Of a stretch of DNA of 64,000 nucleotides, positions 42,013 to 52,346 are shown piece after piece. A program made the position numbers and the translations under genes. Position 1 is the stretch's first letter, and every line of letters begins with the position of its first letter. A model generated the notes under the pieces. That model ran no database searches, was not told the origin of the DNA, and was given only the letters and a program-made list of their open reading frames with translations. Origin of the DNA: an uncultured Gemmatimonadales bacterium (GTDB taxonomy: Bacteria > Gemmatimonadota > Gemmatimonadetes > Gemmatimonadales > Gemmatimonadaceae); assembly GCA_963701965.1 (NCBI GenBank), contig OY969695.1, positions 928,001 to 992,000 of the forward strand, in the 5' to 3' direction.

Positions 42013-42741
42013 GCGTCGGGCCGGAACGAGACCAGTGCCCGGTGCGGCGCATCGACGGCGAGCTGGGTGTACCACGCGTGCGCGTTCGCCTCGGGCTGCG
42101 CCGAATCCGTCATGTCCTGGGCGACACGCACGGCGGCCAAATTGTTCGCGGCCTCCGTTGCTTGGCGATTCAGCAGGTTTTCGCCTGCCTGAAACAGCGC
42201 GATGCTATTTGAGAGTTCCAACGCCTCCTCATGACCGTGAATACCGGTCAGCTGCGACTTCATATCCGCGAGCTGCTTTAGCCCGGCGACAAAAGCGTCT
42301 GCGCCTGAATGCTGTGCGGCCGCGAGCACTGCCGCGGCGGTGCTGAGGGCGCGTGCCACCTGCGCTGCACGTTCGGCGGCGTACTGCACCAATGGCCGGT
42401 TGCCAGGAAACGTGGAGCGGAGGAGAGCGGCCGAATTGCCGGCACCGTCTGCGCCCGATGCCGCTGGCCGTGGTGAAATCCGTGTTGAGCGTACTCAACG
42501 TGCCCGTCAGGTCCCGCCATGACGGATTCGCGAGTTTCTTCAGCGCGGTGACCTGATTCTGGATGGCCGTGAGCTGATTCGAGATTTGGGATGCGCCCTG
42601 GGCGGCCGACTTGACGGCCTCAGCAAACACGCTCCCGTCAAAGACGGCGAATTGCGCGTGCGCCGCTGACGGGGTCGTGAGCGTGCCGCCCATGAGCGCC
42701 CCGGCAATGGTGAGCAAGCGCGGACGAAACCGGGCCAACAC
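42009..42741 (-). CDS. trbJ: TrbJ/VirB5 (frameshifted)
   Basis: AHAQFAVFD..QISNQLTAIQNQ. Confidence 0.75.
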
Positions 42742-42751
42742 AGCCCGCGCG

Positions 42752-45400
42752 TTACCGGGGTAGCGACCAGCGGGCGCGCCGGATACGCGCTGGAACGATC
42801 ACCGTCAGGGAGAGCCGTCGCATAGGAATATCCTCCGTCCTGCTGCCCGAGAGCAGCGTAGGGTGAGCGAACGTGAGCGGCGTCGGCTTCGACCGCTTGG
42901 TCGAAGCGCGCCGCCCAGGGATCGAGACCGAGCTGTCGGAGCCAGTGCGCGGGCCATTGCGCGCCATGGCGAGACATCAGTGCCTCCACGGCGGCCCTGG
43001 TCTCAGAGATGGTCAAGCCCGTCGGCGTGCCGAGAAATGCCAGAGCTAGGCGGCCGAGGCCGAGCTGGAACAGTCGACGGCCGCGCGGTGCGGCCAGGTA
43101 GTAGTCGCGCTTCGGGACCGCCGACGCAATGGCTGGGACCTCGGTCTCATTGAGCCCTAGCTCGGCGTACGCCTTGGCATTTGTCACAGAGGTGGCGTCG
43201 GGATTCGGCAGGAATAGCCGCGTCGGACACGATTCGTATAGCAGCTGGGCACCGGGCAGCGCACAGAGCTGGGCCGGGCTATGTGGATGACGAGGACGAC
43301 CGCGGCATTGTACTTCCGCAGTGTCAGCATCCACTCGCGAATCTTGGCCGCGAAGGCACTGCGCATGAGCGGGGCCCAGAGTTCCTCGAGTACGATCAGC
43401 GTTGGACGGCCGTCCAGCGCCCGTTCCACCCGCCGGAACAAGGCGAGTGTGACCGGGACACGGCGGCGTCACTCAAGTCCATGAGCCGCTTCAACTCGAA
43501 CGTCACATGTCGTCCCGAGAGCGTCGTGTCAGCCGTACCGTCCAGGACTGAGTAAGGCCCCGCCACCGTGTAGGGCCGCAGCGCGGCGGCGACGTCAGGG
43601 AGCTGGACTTGGGTGCAGAAAGTTGTTCAGGGTGCGATGTTCCCGTGCGCCGTGGGCGAGCAGGAGTAGCGCACGGTCGATCCGCTCCCGCATGAGGGGC
43701 GTCGGTTGAACGCCCTGAATCGCCAGGACGGTCTCGATCCAATCCGCGGCCCACGCGCGTTCGCTCGGTTGGTCCACTTCGGCCAACGGCTGGAGCGAGA
43801 GACCCGCCTGGTCATCCGTGGCCACATGGTCGTGTTGGCCCCCGGTCGCCTGGCAGAGCAGCCAGCCCGAATAGCCGACGTCGAACACGAACGCCTGCGC
43901 GGCCCGATGCCGTTGAAATTGCGCGGCGAGAAGGCCCACCAGTGTGCTCTTGCCCCCACCGGTCTTCCCGACGATCAGCGTATGGCCAATGTCGGACTCG
44001 TGCAGATCGAGTCGGAACAGCATGGCGCCCCCGCCGTGACTGCCCATACGAGTGGCGGGCTCGCGATCGGGTAGTACGAACACGGGTTAGCGGAAGGTCC
44101 AGGCCACACCGATTCCAAGGGCAGGAGATCGGCCACGTTCAAGGTGTTCGCCAGTACCCGGCGAACGTTGGCGTACCCATTGCCGGGGAGCGTCCCAGGT
44201 ATGCATCCAATGCGTTGACACTCTCGATCCGCGCCGTGTAGCCGGCATCCTGCAGGCGCTCCGAATGTCCCTGGCCGCACGATCCGCGTCCTCGGCTCGC
44301 GGCTCCATCACCACCACGCATTGCGTGAGATGCGCAAACCGCACGTGACCCGACGCGTTCTCCGCGAGCGCGGCCGCGGCATCCGCCGCCATAGAGGTCG
44401 CATCCTGGTCGGTGAAGAGGGCGTCGTCCGCCTTCGGAGGAGCGTTACCCTTGGCGGCCATGTCCCGCACCCAGGCGCCCGCCCTTTCCGCTTCTGGAAC
44501 CACCGGAGCTGCGCGCGCTCAATCAGCGTCGCCCCCTGCTGCGCGTCGAGAGGCAGGACGCGGGTGGACCATCGATAGGTCAACGGCAGCTCGCTCAGGA
44601 ACGCGAGGGCGCCGGCAGACGAGTTAGCCGGATAGCCCTGGACCGCAATAATCCGGATGTGCTGTTCGCCAATACGCGGCGCGAACCCACCAATGGACTC
44701 TTGATCGGCAGAGTGACATTGAGATACGCCCCCGGTGCCGGCGTCCGTACCGGATGCGGGAGTCCGGTGAGGCACCGGTGGAGGAAGGTGCACAACTCGT
44801 CCGAGCCGAGCCGTCGCAGTGACAGGTGCGTGCTCAGGCGACGCGCGAGAGCCGCAATGTCACGCTCAAAGGCGCCGAGCACGCGATCCCACTCAACGCC
44901 ACGCGCGGCCCCAGCACGTTGGACGAACCACGCGGCCAGGCGCGAGTCCACGTCCGCCGGTGGCAGATACGTCACCGTGAGATATGTGTCCGACTCGAAG
45001 CGGGCGCCCCCCGCTGCGTAGTCGTCCCGCTCCGCGTCGATCAGCTGACCGATCACACTCGGAAATACGCTCTCGGGATAGGGGGTCGCCGGTCGCCGCA
45101 CCACCGAGACGTCAAGCATCAACGCCCAGTCAACCCGAGCAGCGCTTCGTTGACGTGCTCCGACAGCGCGGCGCGCTCGGCGTCGGTCGCCGCGACCAGA
45201 TCCGGTCCGCGCAGCGCGAAGGTCGCGAGCAGACTGCCATCCTTCTGCATGACGACGCCGTCGCCAACCAGAAAGGCCCACGTGGTGAGGTCGGCCACGC
45301 CCTCGGTTTGGACGCGGTGCTCCCGGAGGAACGTCGACAGCATCACCGCCAGGAGCCCAGTCGCCACCCCCGCCACAAGCCAGAGTGTCGCGTGCATCAT
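42752..45400 (-). CDS. trbE: TrbE/VirB4 ATPase (many frameshifts, end approximate)
   Basis: QKDGSL..GPDL, GHTLIVGKTGGGKS, FDVGYS, LEELW..LRKYN, CPTRLFLPN and PKRDYY. Confidence 0.9.
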
Positions 45401-45760
45401 GGCACCTGTGGAAACGACCGCGGCGCGCTGGGCGTCCCGATCGCTGGAGCGCATGCGGCGGGTAGAAGTCGCGCGCGAAGAGGCTCCGGACGTACACCAC
45501 ACTGATCTGCGGGTCGGACACCGTAAGGCGCGCGACCGCACTGTGCACGACAGTGACGTAGAAGAACGCCACCGCCACGGTCGCGACGTGCACGCCGACG
45601 ACGAACAGCAGCGCGAGAACGACGGCTGCCTCAACGAGCACGACACCTGGCTCGGCACCGAGAAACAGAATCGGCCGAGCCAGGGACGGGTGATGGGGTG
45701 GCGCGACGAGGATGTGGCGGGTCGGTGCAGATCGGCATCAGCATCGCTCATTCTTGTCAT
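45396..45760 (-). CDS. trbD: TrbD/VirB3 (frameshifted)
   Basis: SLARPILFLGAE..hydrophobic segment..DPQ. Confidence 0.75.
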
Positions 45761-46130
45761 ACGACGGCGCCAGCGAAGGCGAGAGCGGCAACGATCTGCA
45801 CGGACCCAAACATAATGGCGATGCCAAAAATGGCTTGACCGACCCGCTTCGCTCCTTCCTCGTGTCGGGTGAAGCCCCATGGCCCCCCCGATCACAAGCA
45901 TGAGACCCGCGAGCACCCGGGCGGTCGTGCCGCTCAGGTTGTCGAGCAACTGTTGGAGCGGCTGATCCCACGGCAGATCGGCGCCACCCGTACCGGCCCA
46001 TGCCGGATTCGCGAGCAGCAGCAGCGCGATTGTCGTTCGGAGCCGACAGAGCCCGGTGGCCACGACGACGCGACGCCCGGCACGAGGACGAAGGGCGGCG
46101 ACCGGCGAAAACTGACGTGAGGAAGCGCAT
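45757..46130 (-). CDS. trbC: TrbC/VirB2 pilin (frameshifted)
   Basis: PAWAGTGGADLPWDQPLQQLLDNLSG followed by two TM segments. Confidence 0.85.
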
Positions 46131-47139
46131 TACAAGGTCTCCTGGGTGCCGAAGGGTTCCGCGATGCAGTGGCCCTCCGCATCCAGGCCGCGGACGCGCG
46201 AGAGCCCACGACCTGCCGGTGCGCCATGGTGATGATCCAATCGATGGCCTCCGCGACGAGCGCAGATTGCGGCGGCACATTCTCCCGCTGGGCAAGCCGG
46301 TCGAGGCGATGCAGTGCGCCAATCGCGTCGGTCGCATGCAGGGTCGCGACGCCACCGCTATGCCCAGTCGCCCAGGCGTCCAGGGGGTAGAGCGCCGCGC
46401 CATCGCGTACTTCCCCCACCACGATCCGGTCCGGTGGAGCCGCAACGTCCATTTGACGAGCTGCGCCAAGTCGTAGCCATCCGCCGTGCGCAGTGCGATG
46501 TGGTCGGCGGAAGTACAACGAATCTCCGCCGTGTCTTCGAGAATGACAATGCGATCCGTCGGATGCGCGGAGGCGATTTCGAGCAAGAGGCTGTTCGCCA
46601 TGGTGGTCTTGCCTGACCCAGTGGAGCCAATGACGAGGACATTCTCCCGGCGTCGGGCGATGCCGACCAGCGCAAGGGCTATTTCGGTGTGGGAGCGCCT
46701 GCGGCCATCCAGTCCGGCAGCGACAACACGCGCCCCGCAGGCCGGCGAATGACGAACGTCGGCCCTATCGTAATGGGGGGGACGAGCCCTTGCAGCCGCG
46801 CGCCCTGGAAATCTCGATACGGGAGCGATGCCTGTACCGAAGGGGTGTGACGGCCCAGGGCGATGTTCTCGCGCGCAGCAACCGTATTGAGGAACATCTC
46901 ACACGGCGCGCATCGAGTCTGATATCGAGCGCCATGCGACCACCCGCCCCGCGATCGACACGAAGGACTGCGTCTTGGGGATTCCACGACACCTCGCGGA
47001 CGTCTTCCTCAGCCAGCATCGCCATCAGCTCAGGGCCGAGATGGCGTCGCATCATGGTGATATAGCCGTCCTCCGTTTGGGACGGTCGTGCGGCGCCAGT
47101 GCTGCCGGGTGATGGGACTGATCCGTCGTTCGCGGGCAT
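46130..47139 (-). CDS. trbB: TrbB/VirB11 ATPase (several frameshifts)
   Basis: GSTGSGKTT, ILEDTAEI, PDRIVVGEVRD and WATGHSGGVATLHA. Confidence 0.9.
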
Positions 47140-47626
47140 TCCGCCTCTTCGACATCGAGTGGTGATGAGCCTTCTACCCAGGGAACCCCGCAGCCCCATC
47201 GAATCCGCAGTCGCCCGCGGGCCGACCGTCGGCATAGGCGTACGATGCGTAGGCGCGACAGCGCGGGCCGCGATGTCGCGGGTACGGCCGAAGACCCTGG
47301 CGCCCTGGAGACGCTGACGGCGGTCGTCTGACTGGCTCACCGATTTTTAACGGGGATGTAATCGGGTTGACGTGACGCCCACCTGACGCAACCGCTTACG
47401 CTGATGACGGAGGGGATAGGCCAACAATCGTCGCTGGAGGGCACTCACGGCGGACGCTGCACTACCGGCGGGTCCGCATTTATAACACCGCGCCCCACGC
47501 AAACCCGTAGTGCTCATTGACAGCCAACGGAGTCCGTTGCGCGGACGGTATTCCAGTGGCGACCATTCGCATCCAGCGATCCACTCGGCGTGGGGCCACA
47601 GCACGTCGAGTGACAGGAGTGGACAC

Positions 47627-48427
47627 GTGACGAGGAAGCGCGCACTAGATCTGCCGAAAGGGAGCAGCCCTGACGCAAGAGACGTCGCCACACGCACTGA
47701 GCTGTCGCGCTTGGCGTCCGAACCACAGGAGGCGGAATCCCGATGGGGTGCGGCACTGCGTGGTGTCGACGAACACCGAGCGGCAGCGGCGCTCATGGAG
47801 ATGTTCGATCTCTTTTACCGACCGCTGGTGGGATGGGGCGTACGGCACCGCGGCCTCACGATCGACGAGGCCGACGACATTGCGCAGAGCATCTTCATCT
47901 TCATTTGGACACACCGAGCGGAATGGCCGGTCACCAGCGGCACGTTTCGCTACCTCCTGCGTGCGATGCACAATCGCAGCAAGAACGAGCGACGAGACCG
48001 TGAGCGCCGTCTCGCGCGGCAGGGCGCCGCGACTGCCGCCGACGAGCCATCGATCCTCAACGACGCGGAACACGCCATTGATGAAGCGGAGCTTACGGCC
48101 GACATCACCGCGATTGTCGGCAGTTTGCCACAACGTGAACGCGATGTGCTGCGCATGCGCAAATGGGAGGGCCGAAGCATGAAGGCGATCGAGCACGCGT
48201 TGGGATTGTCCGAGAATACCGTACGCGCGACGCTCGTCCGCGCCATCGCGAGGCTGCACGCGGCACTAACGGAGCGTGGCTGGGGCGACATCCTCTTGCG
48301 TATCCGACACAATCGCGGCTTGCGTAGTAGACGTGGCGCCCAGCGAAGGGAGGCGGCTGATCCGGTCGCTACGCTTGGGACGGCGGACGAGACGTGCCGA
48401 GGAGAGGGCAATGCGCGGCGATCGTAA
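47627..48427 (+). CDS. ECF sigma-70 factor
   Basis: Region 2 (EADDIAQSIFIFIW..YLLRAMHN) and region 4 (LPQRERDV..LGLSENTV). Confidence 0.88.
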   Translation: MTRKRALDLPKGSSPDARDVATRTELSRLASEPQEAESRWGAALRGVDEHRAAAALMEMFDLFYRPLVGWGVRHRGLTIDEADDIAQSIFIFIWTHRAEWPVTSGTFRYLLRAMHNRSKNERRDRERRLARQGAATAADEPSILNDAEHAIDEAELTADITAIVGSLPQRERDVLRMRKWEGRSMKAIEHALGLSENTVRATLVRAIARLHAALTERGWGDILLRIRHNRGLRSRRGAQRREAADPVATLGTADETCRGEGNARRS

Positions 48428-49286
48428 TGGCGACGAGGAGCCCGGACCACTTGGCCGCCCACGGCCTCACACGCCCCATAGGTCGCTGTCGTTCCAGGAC
48501 TATCGACTGATCGCGTCCTATGTCTGCTGCGATCCCGCTCAGAGGACGGACGGTGAGGCATCGGTCGCCGGACAGCGTCTACAGACTGATGTCGAATTTG
48601 CGACGGCGCTTTACGTGGTCGAAGAAGCGCTGACCATCGCCCGCACGCCGGAGTTCGATTACGCGGCCAGGCGACGGTCATTCATTGAGCGCCTCGCTAG
48701 TCATCGATTCGGTGCCATCCTGGGCGAGCACGAAAAGAGGCCTGCTCAGTCCTGGGGACGACGCCTGCTCTCATCCCGAGTGTGGCGCGCGACGGACGAT
48801 TCGCTGTCGTGGGTCGAACGCCTCGGCGCTGCCGTCTTGGTATTGGCATTGATTACTGGCGCGGCCTATCGACTGATGACGCCCTGGCGCTCGTCAATCG
48901 GCAGCGTGCACTTCGCTGCATCGGTTGATGAGCGGCGGACCTTCGAGTTGCCCGACTCCGTTCGGGTCACGCTGGAACCCGGCAGCACGATCGACTATCG
49001 CTCGTCGAAGAACCGCCCCTCACGCGTCGCTCGGCTAGAGGGGGCGGCACAGTTGGAGGTAGGACACGATTCTGGCCGTCAGTTCGAGGCCCGGGTAGAC
49101 GGGCTCACTGCGCGGACGGACGCTGGCGCGTTTGTCGTCGGCAAGATGAGCGCTCCCGACCGCGTCACCATTACTGTCTTGCGGGGTAACGTGGATGTGT
49201 GGTCTGACAGTGTTAGCACCGGCCCACCGAAGCGCCTGACTGCCGGACAGAGCGAGAACATGTCCCACGGCGATCCGGAGAGGTGA
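48411..49286 (+). CDS. FecR-domain anti-sigma factor
   Basis: TM helix followed by LPDSVRVTLEPGS..LEGAAQLEV..VLRGNVDV. Confidence 0.85.
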   Translation: MRGDRNGDEEPGPLGRPRPHTPHRSLSFQDYRLIASYVCCDPAQRTDGEASVAGQRLQTDVEFATALYVVEEALTIARTPEFDYAARRRSFIERLASHRFGAILGEHEKRPAQSWGRRLLSSRVWRATDDSLSWVERLGAAVLVLALITGAAYRLMTPWRSSIGSVHFAASVDERRTFELPDSVRVTLEPGSTIDYRSSKNRPSRVARLEGAAQLEVGHDSGRQFEARVDGLTARTDAGAFVVGKMSAPDRVTITVLRGNVDVWSDSVSTGPPKRLTAGQSENMSHGDPER

Positions 49287-49544
49287 TTTGACCCTTCCCG
49301 GCTGTCAGTCCCTGGTGTCCTTGGTACATGGGAATTCGGTGCCAGCGCGCGATAGACCGAAAATCGGACGCACGCGTCTATCGCATCGATCACCACAACA
49401 CCCGCTGGCGGGTGCACCCGAAAGTTAATGGAACGCAGCAGCTCGCCGAGCCCTTTAAGCGGCGACTTTGCCGTTCGGTGATCTGTTAGCCACCGATCGG
49501 CAATACTGTACTTGACGCACCCGGACCAGGGGAGAGTATCGTAG

Positions 49545-50414
49545 GTGATACCCTTCCTGAGTCTGATAGACGTGATCGAACTTGTAAGTGGCACGCCAAT
49601 GTTCCTGTCGGAACTGCTATGCGGGAACGAGCAGGTCCTGACGGAAGTGATCCAACAGTATGGACCGCTGGCGCAACTTCCCCCAGACGCTTGGGCGCAT
49701 GTTCGCGGTCCGGTACTGGCGCTTAGGGAAATTGCCAACCGCTTTTCTCTATCCGGGTCTGGCATGGTAGCTCAGGCGCTGCTTTCCACGCTCAATGGCG
49801 CCAGGGCTTGCAACCTGCAGATCGTTCGAGAAAAACTCGCCGATCTGCGCCGCACCGTTATCGCGGAATGGGGAGCCCGGCAATTCGCCTACATTCCGCC
49901 GGAGAGGTCGAAGTACGCTACTGCGGAACCGCAATTCGGCGCAGCGGTGGATACAGCCTTCCCTGACGCCCAGAGGGACATCCGTGCAGCTGCGGAGAGT
50001 TATGCTGTCGGGCTGAACGACGCTTGCGTGTACCATCTCATGAGAGCAGCAGAGATCGCCTTGCGAGTGCTCGCGCGGGACCGCGGCGTCAAGTTCCCGC
50101 ATCCGGTTGAACTGGAGAACTGGAACACCATCATCGAGAAGATTGACGCAAATGTGAAGGACGAAGTTGAGAAGTGGCCCAAGAGCGCGGCAAAGAGCGA
50201 CGCATTGGAGTTTTACCGCGGCGCCACCGGAGAGTTTCGCGCCTTAAAGGACTACTGGCGCAACCGCAACTCGCATGCGCGTGTTCACCACAATGAGCAC
50301 CAGGCTGCGAGCGCGTTTCTGCACACGCGAGAATTCATGGCCCGGCTTGCGGTCCGCCTATCGCAATCCCGCAAGAAGCCGATTGCATGGCGGACGAAGA
50401 AGAACGGGCCTTAG
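49545..50414 (+). CDS. Hypothetical protein with a HEPN-like Rx4H motif
   Basis: ACVYHLMRAAE..WRNRNSH; helical. Confidence 0.65.
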   Translation: MIPFLSLIDVIELVSGTPMFLSELLCGNEQVLTEVIQQYGPLAQLPPDAWAHVRGPVLALREIANRFSLSGSGMVAQALLSTLNGARACNLQIVREKLADLRRTVIAEWGARQFAYIPPERSKYATAEPQFGAAVDTAFPDAQRDIRAAAESYAVGLNDACVYHLMRAAEIALRVLARDRGVKFPHPVELENWNTIIEKIDANVKDEVEKWPKSAAKSDALEFYRGATGEFRALKDYWRNRNSHARVHHNEHQAASAFLHTREFMARLAVRLSQSRKKPIAWRTKKNGP

Positions 50415-50493
50415 TGCGTACCGCATTCACGGCGTTGGTGGTAGAATGAACTGTTCTACCACCTAGTCGCCATTCCGGCACCCTGCACAGGCG

Positions 50494-51300
50494 GTGTGGT
50501 TGGGTGGCGACCCGACAAATTGCCGAGTGGCTATTTTCCACGCCTACTACGACGCGAGCGGAACTGAGACGACTCCCGATAGCCTACTGGCCATGGCCGT
50601 TCTGGTGGCGACCGTGGAGCAGTGGGAGGCCATCGAAGGCGATTGGCGGGCCGTGCTCAAGGATTGCAATGTGCCGTACCTGCACATGAAGAAGTTCACG
50701 GCGTCCAAAGGGCCGTTTGCTAGTGGCTGGGAGGGCAATGAAACCAAGCGCGCAAAGTTTCTCGGCCGATTGGCAGACACCCTGCACTCGCGCATCGAGT
50801 ATGCCCGCGTCTTCGATAGTCTCCCGGCAGACTTCAACGCGGCAGATGAACAATACCAGCTGAGAGAAAGTGGGTACTGGTCCGGGCCATACGCGTTCGT
50901 CTCTAGCCTTTGCCGGGACTACGTTCAGCGCTGGTTCATGGCGTCGCACCCAACAGACCACATCATCCATGTCTTTGAGGACGGCGATAATGGCCAAGGG
51001 CCGCTCATCGCCTATGCACGAAAGATGAAGGTTCCTCTCCTAGTCGCCCCTAAGACGGACCCGGTTACCGGCGAGCACAATGTGGCTTTCCAGGTAGCGG
51101 ATTGGGTCGCCTACGAGCACAAGCTAGAGGCTTCCAGAGTCGATGCTGGCAAAACCCACGAAGTGCGTCGCTCATTACGCGCGATAAACGACGCTATTCA
51201 TCCTACTAAGCATTTCACGATCGGGTATGATGTCATTACGCAAATCTGCCGTAACCATCCCGACCTGTACCCGCCTCGATCCCATGGGACCGGCGCCTAG
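50494..51300 (+). CDS. DUF3800-like (RNase H fold) protein
   Basis: AYYDASG..LHMKKF..FEDG..FQVADWVAY. Confidence 0.75.
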   Translation: MWLGGDPTNCRVAIFHAYYDASGTETTPDSLLAMAVLVATVEQWEAIEGDWRAVLKDCNVPYLHMKKFTASKGPFASGWEGNETKRAKFLGRLADTLHSRIEYARVFDSLPADFNAADEQYQLRESGYWSGPYAFVSSLCRDYVQRWFMASHPTDHIIHVFEDGDNGQGPLIAYARKMKVPLLVAPKTDPVTGEHNVAFQVADWVAYEHKLEASRVDAGKTHEVRRSLRAINDAIHPTKHFTIGYDVITQICRNHPDLYPPRSHGTGA

Positions 51301-52109
51301 TGCGCGCGCTTTCGCTTCCGCGCCGGTTTGTGTTTTGTCGGCAATTCCGACTTCGGCACCGCAATGATCCGCAGGTACCTATGGGGTGCGTCAAGTACAT
51401 AATTGCCTACCCATCGGTACTTCGTGAGCCGGGACGGTGACGAGCGCGTATCAACCCAAGACTGTCGCCCCGCGAGAGGTCGCGCTCCAAGTGCTCGGCC
51501 GTCAACTCGCGGCTGCGGGCTCGTCGGCGCGCGGGCCTTCGACGGCCGACATTTGACGTCAGAGCCACCGCGACGGCGGTCCTGAACCCCTCGCGGTCCA
51601 CCAACTCGTAGTAGGTCTCGCCGAGCATCGGCCCCTGCCCCGCGTGCTGGCACGCGGTTCCGGGAGGGGATGACCCTCGGTTTCACTTCGCGTACGCGCC
51701 TATCACGGTGAGATCAGGCGAAATCACGCATCGGGCCGCGCGTGCGGGTTTCGGGCTTGCGCGGGGTTCCTCTAGTAGAGGCCCCTCGCAGACGTCGGGC
51801 GGATGGCGCATTCGGTCCGTACTGTCGCCGCGATTCGGGAGGCCAGACGCACGGGTTGAGGGACCGCCCGATGAATCAAGACTTGGCCCGCGCCACCGGA
51901 CACTCCGCGCACCCTCGCGGGCAACACCCAGCGGTCCGCGCCTGTAGCGATCGATGGCAACTGGCAATCGAAGTACGTCGCGTCGCGCACTTGGCGCGGC
52001 TGGATAACTCGCGCGTGCAGCCGGTGTTGTTGTCTCTCTACCGCGCGCAGCGAAGGGTCCAGGCTTATCCAACCTCCCGGCGCTCGAATTCTAGTGGGCT
52101 CGGAGCGCC

Positions 52110-52346
52110 ATGAGTCCCGACAAGGACCCGCGCACGTCGGGCAACCCCCGCGCGTCACCTCCGCGCGTTGCGCGCCGTCCATCCCCGCGCGTCGTTTGCC
52201 GACAGAGTGAGGACGTCGTTGATCTTTCTGCGTGGGCGCGGCAATATGTCGACGCCATTCTCGCGCTATACGACACCGGGGAGTCAAATGCAGCGTACAA
52301 CTGCCGTGCCCGCCGCCGTCCCGACCCTTCCGGACCCTGCGACTGA
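52110..52346 (+). CDS. Small protein overlapping the integrase start
   Basis: 78 aa with RBS GGAG; DLSAWARQYVDAILAL helix. Confidence 0.45.
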   Translation: MSPDKDPRTSGNPRASPPRVARRPSPRVVCRQSEDVVDLSAWARQYVDAILALYDTGESNAAYNCRARRRPDPSGPCD

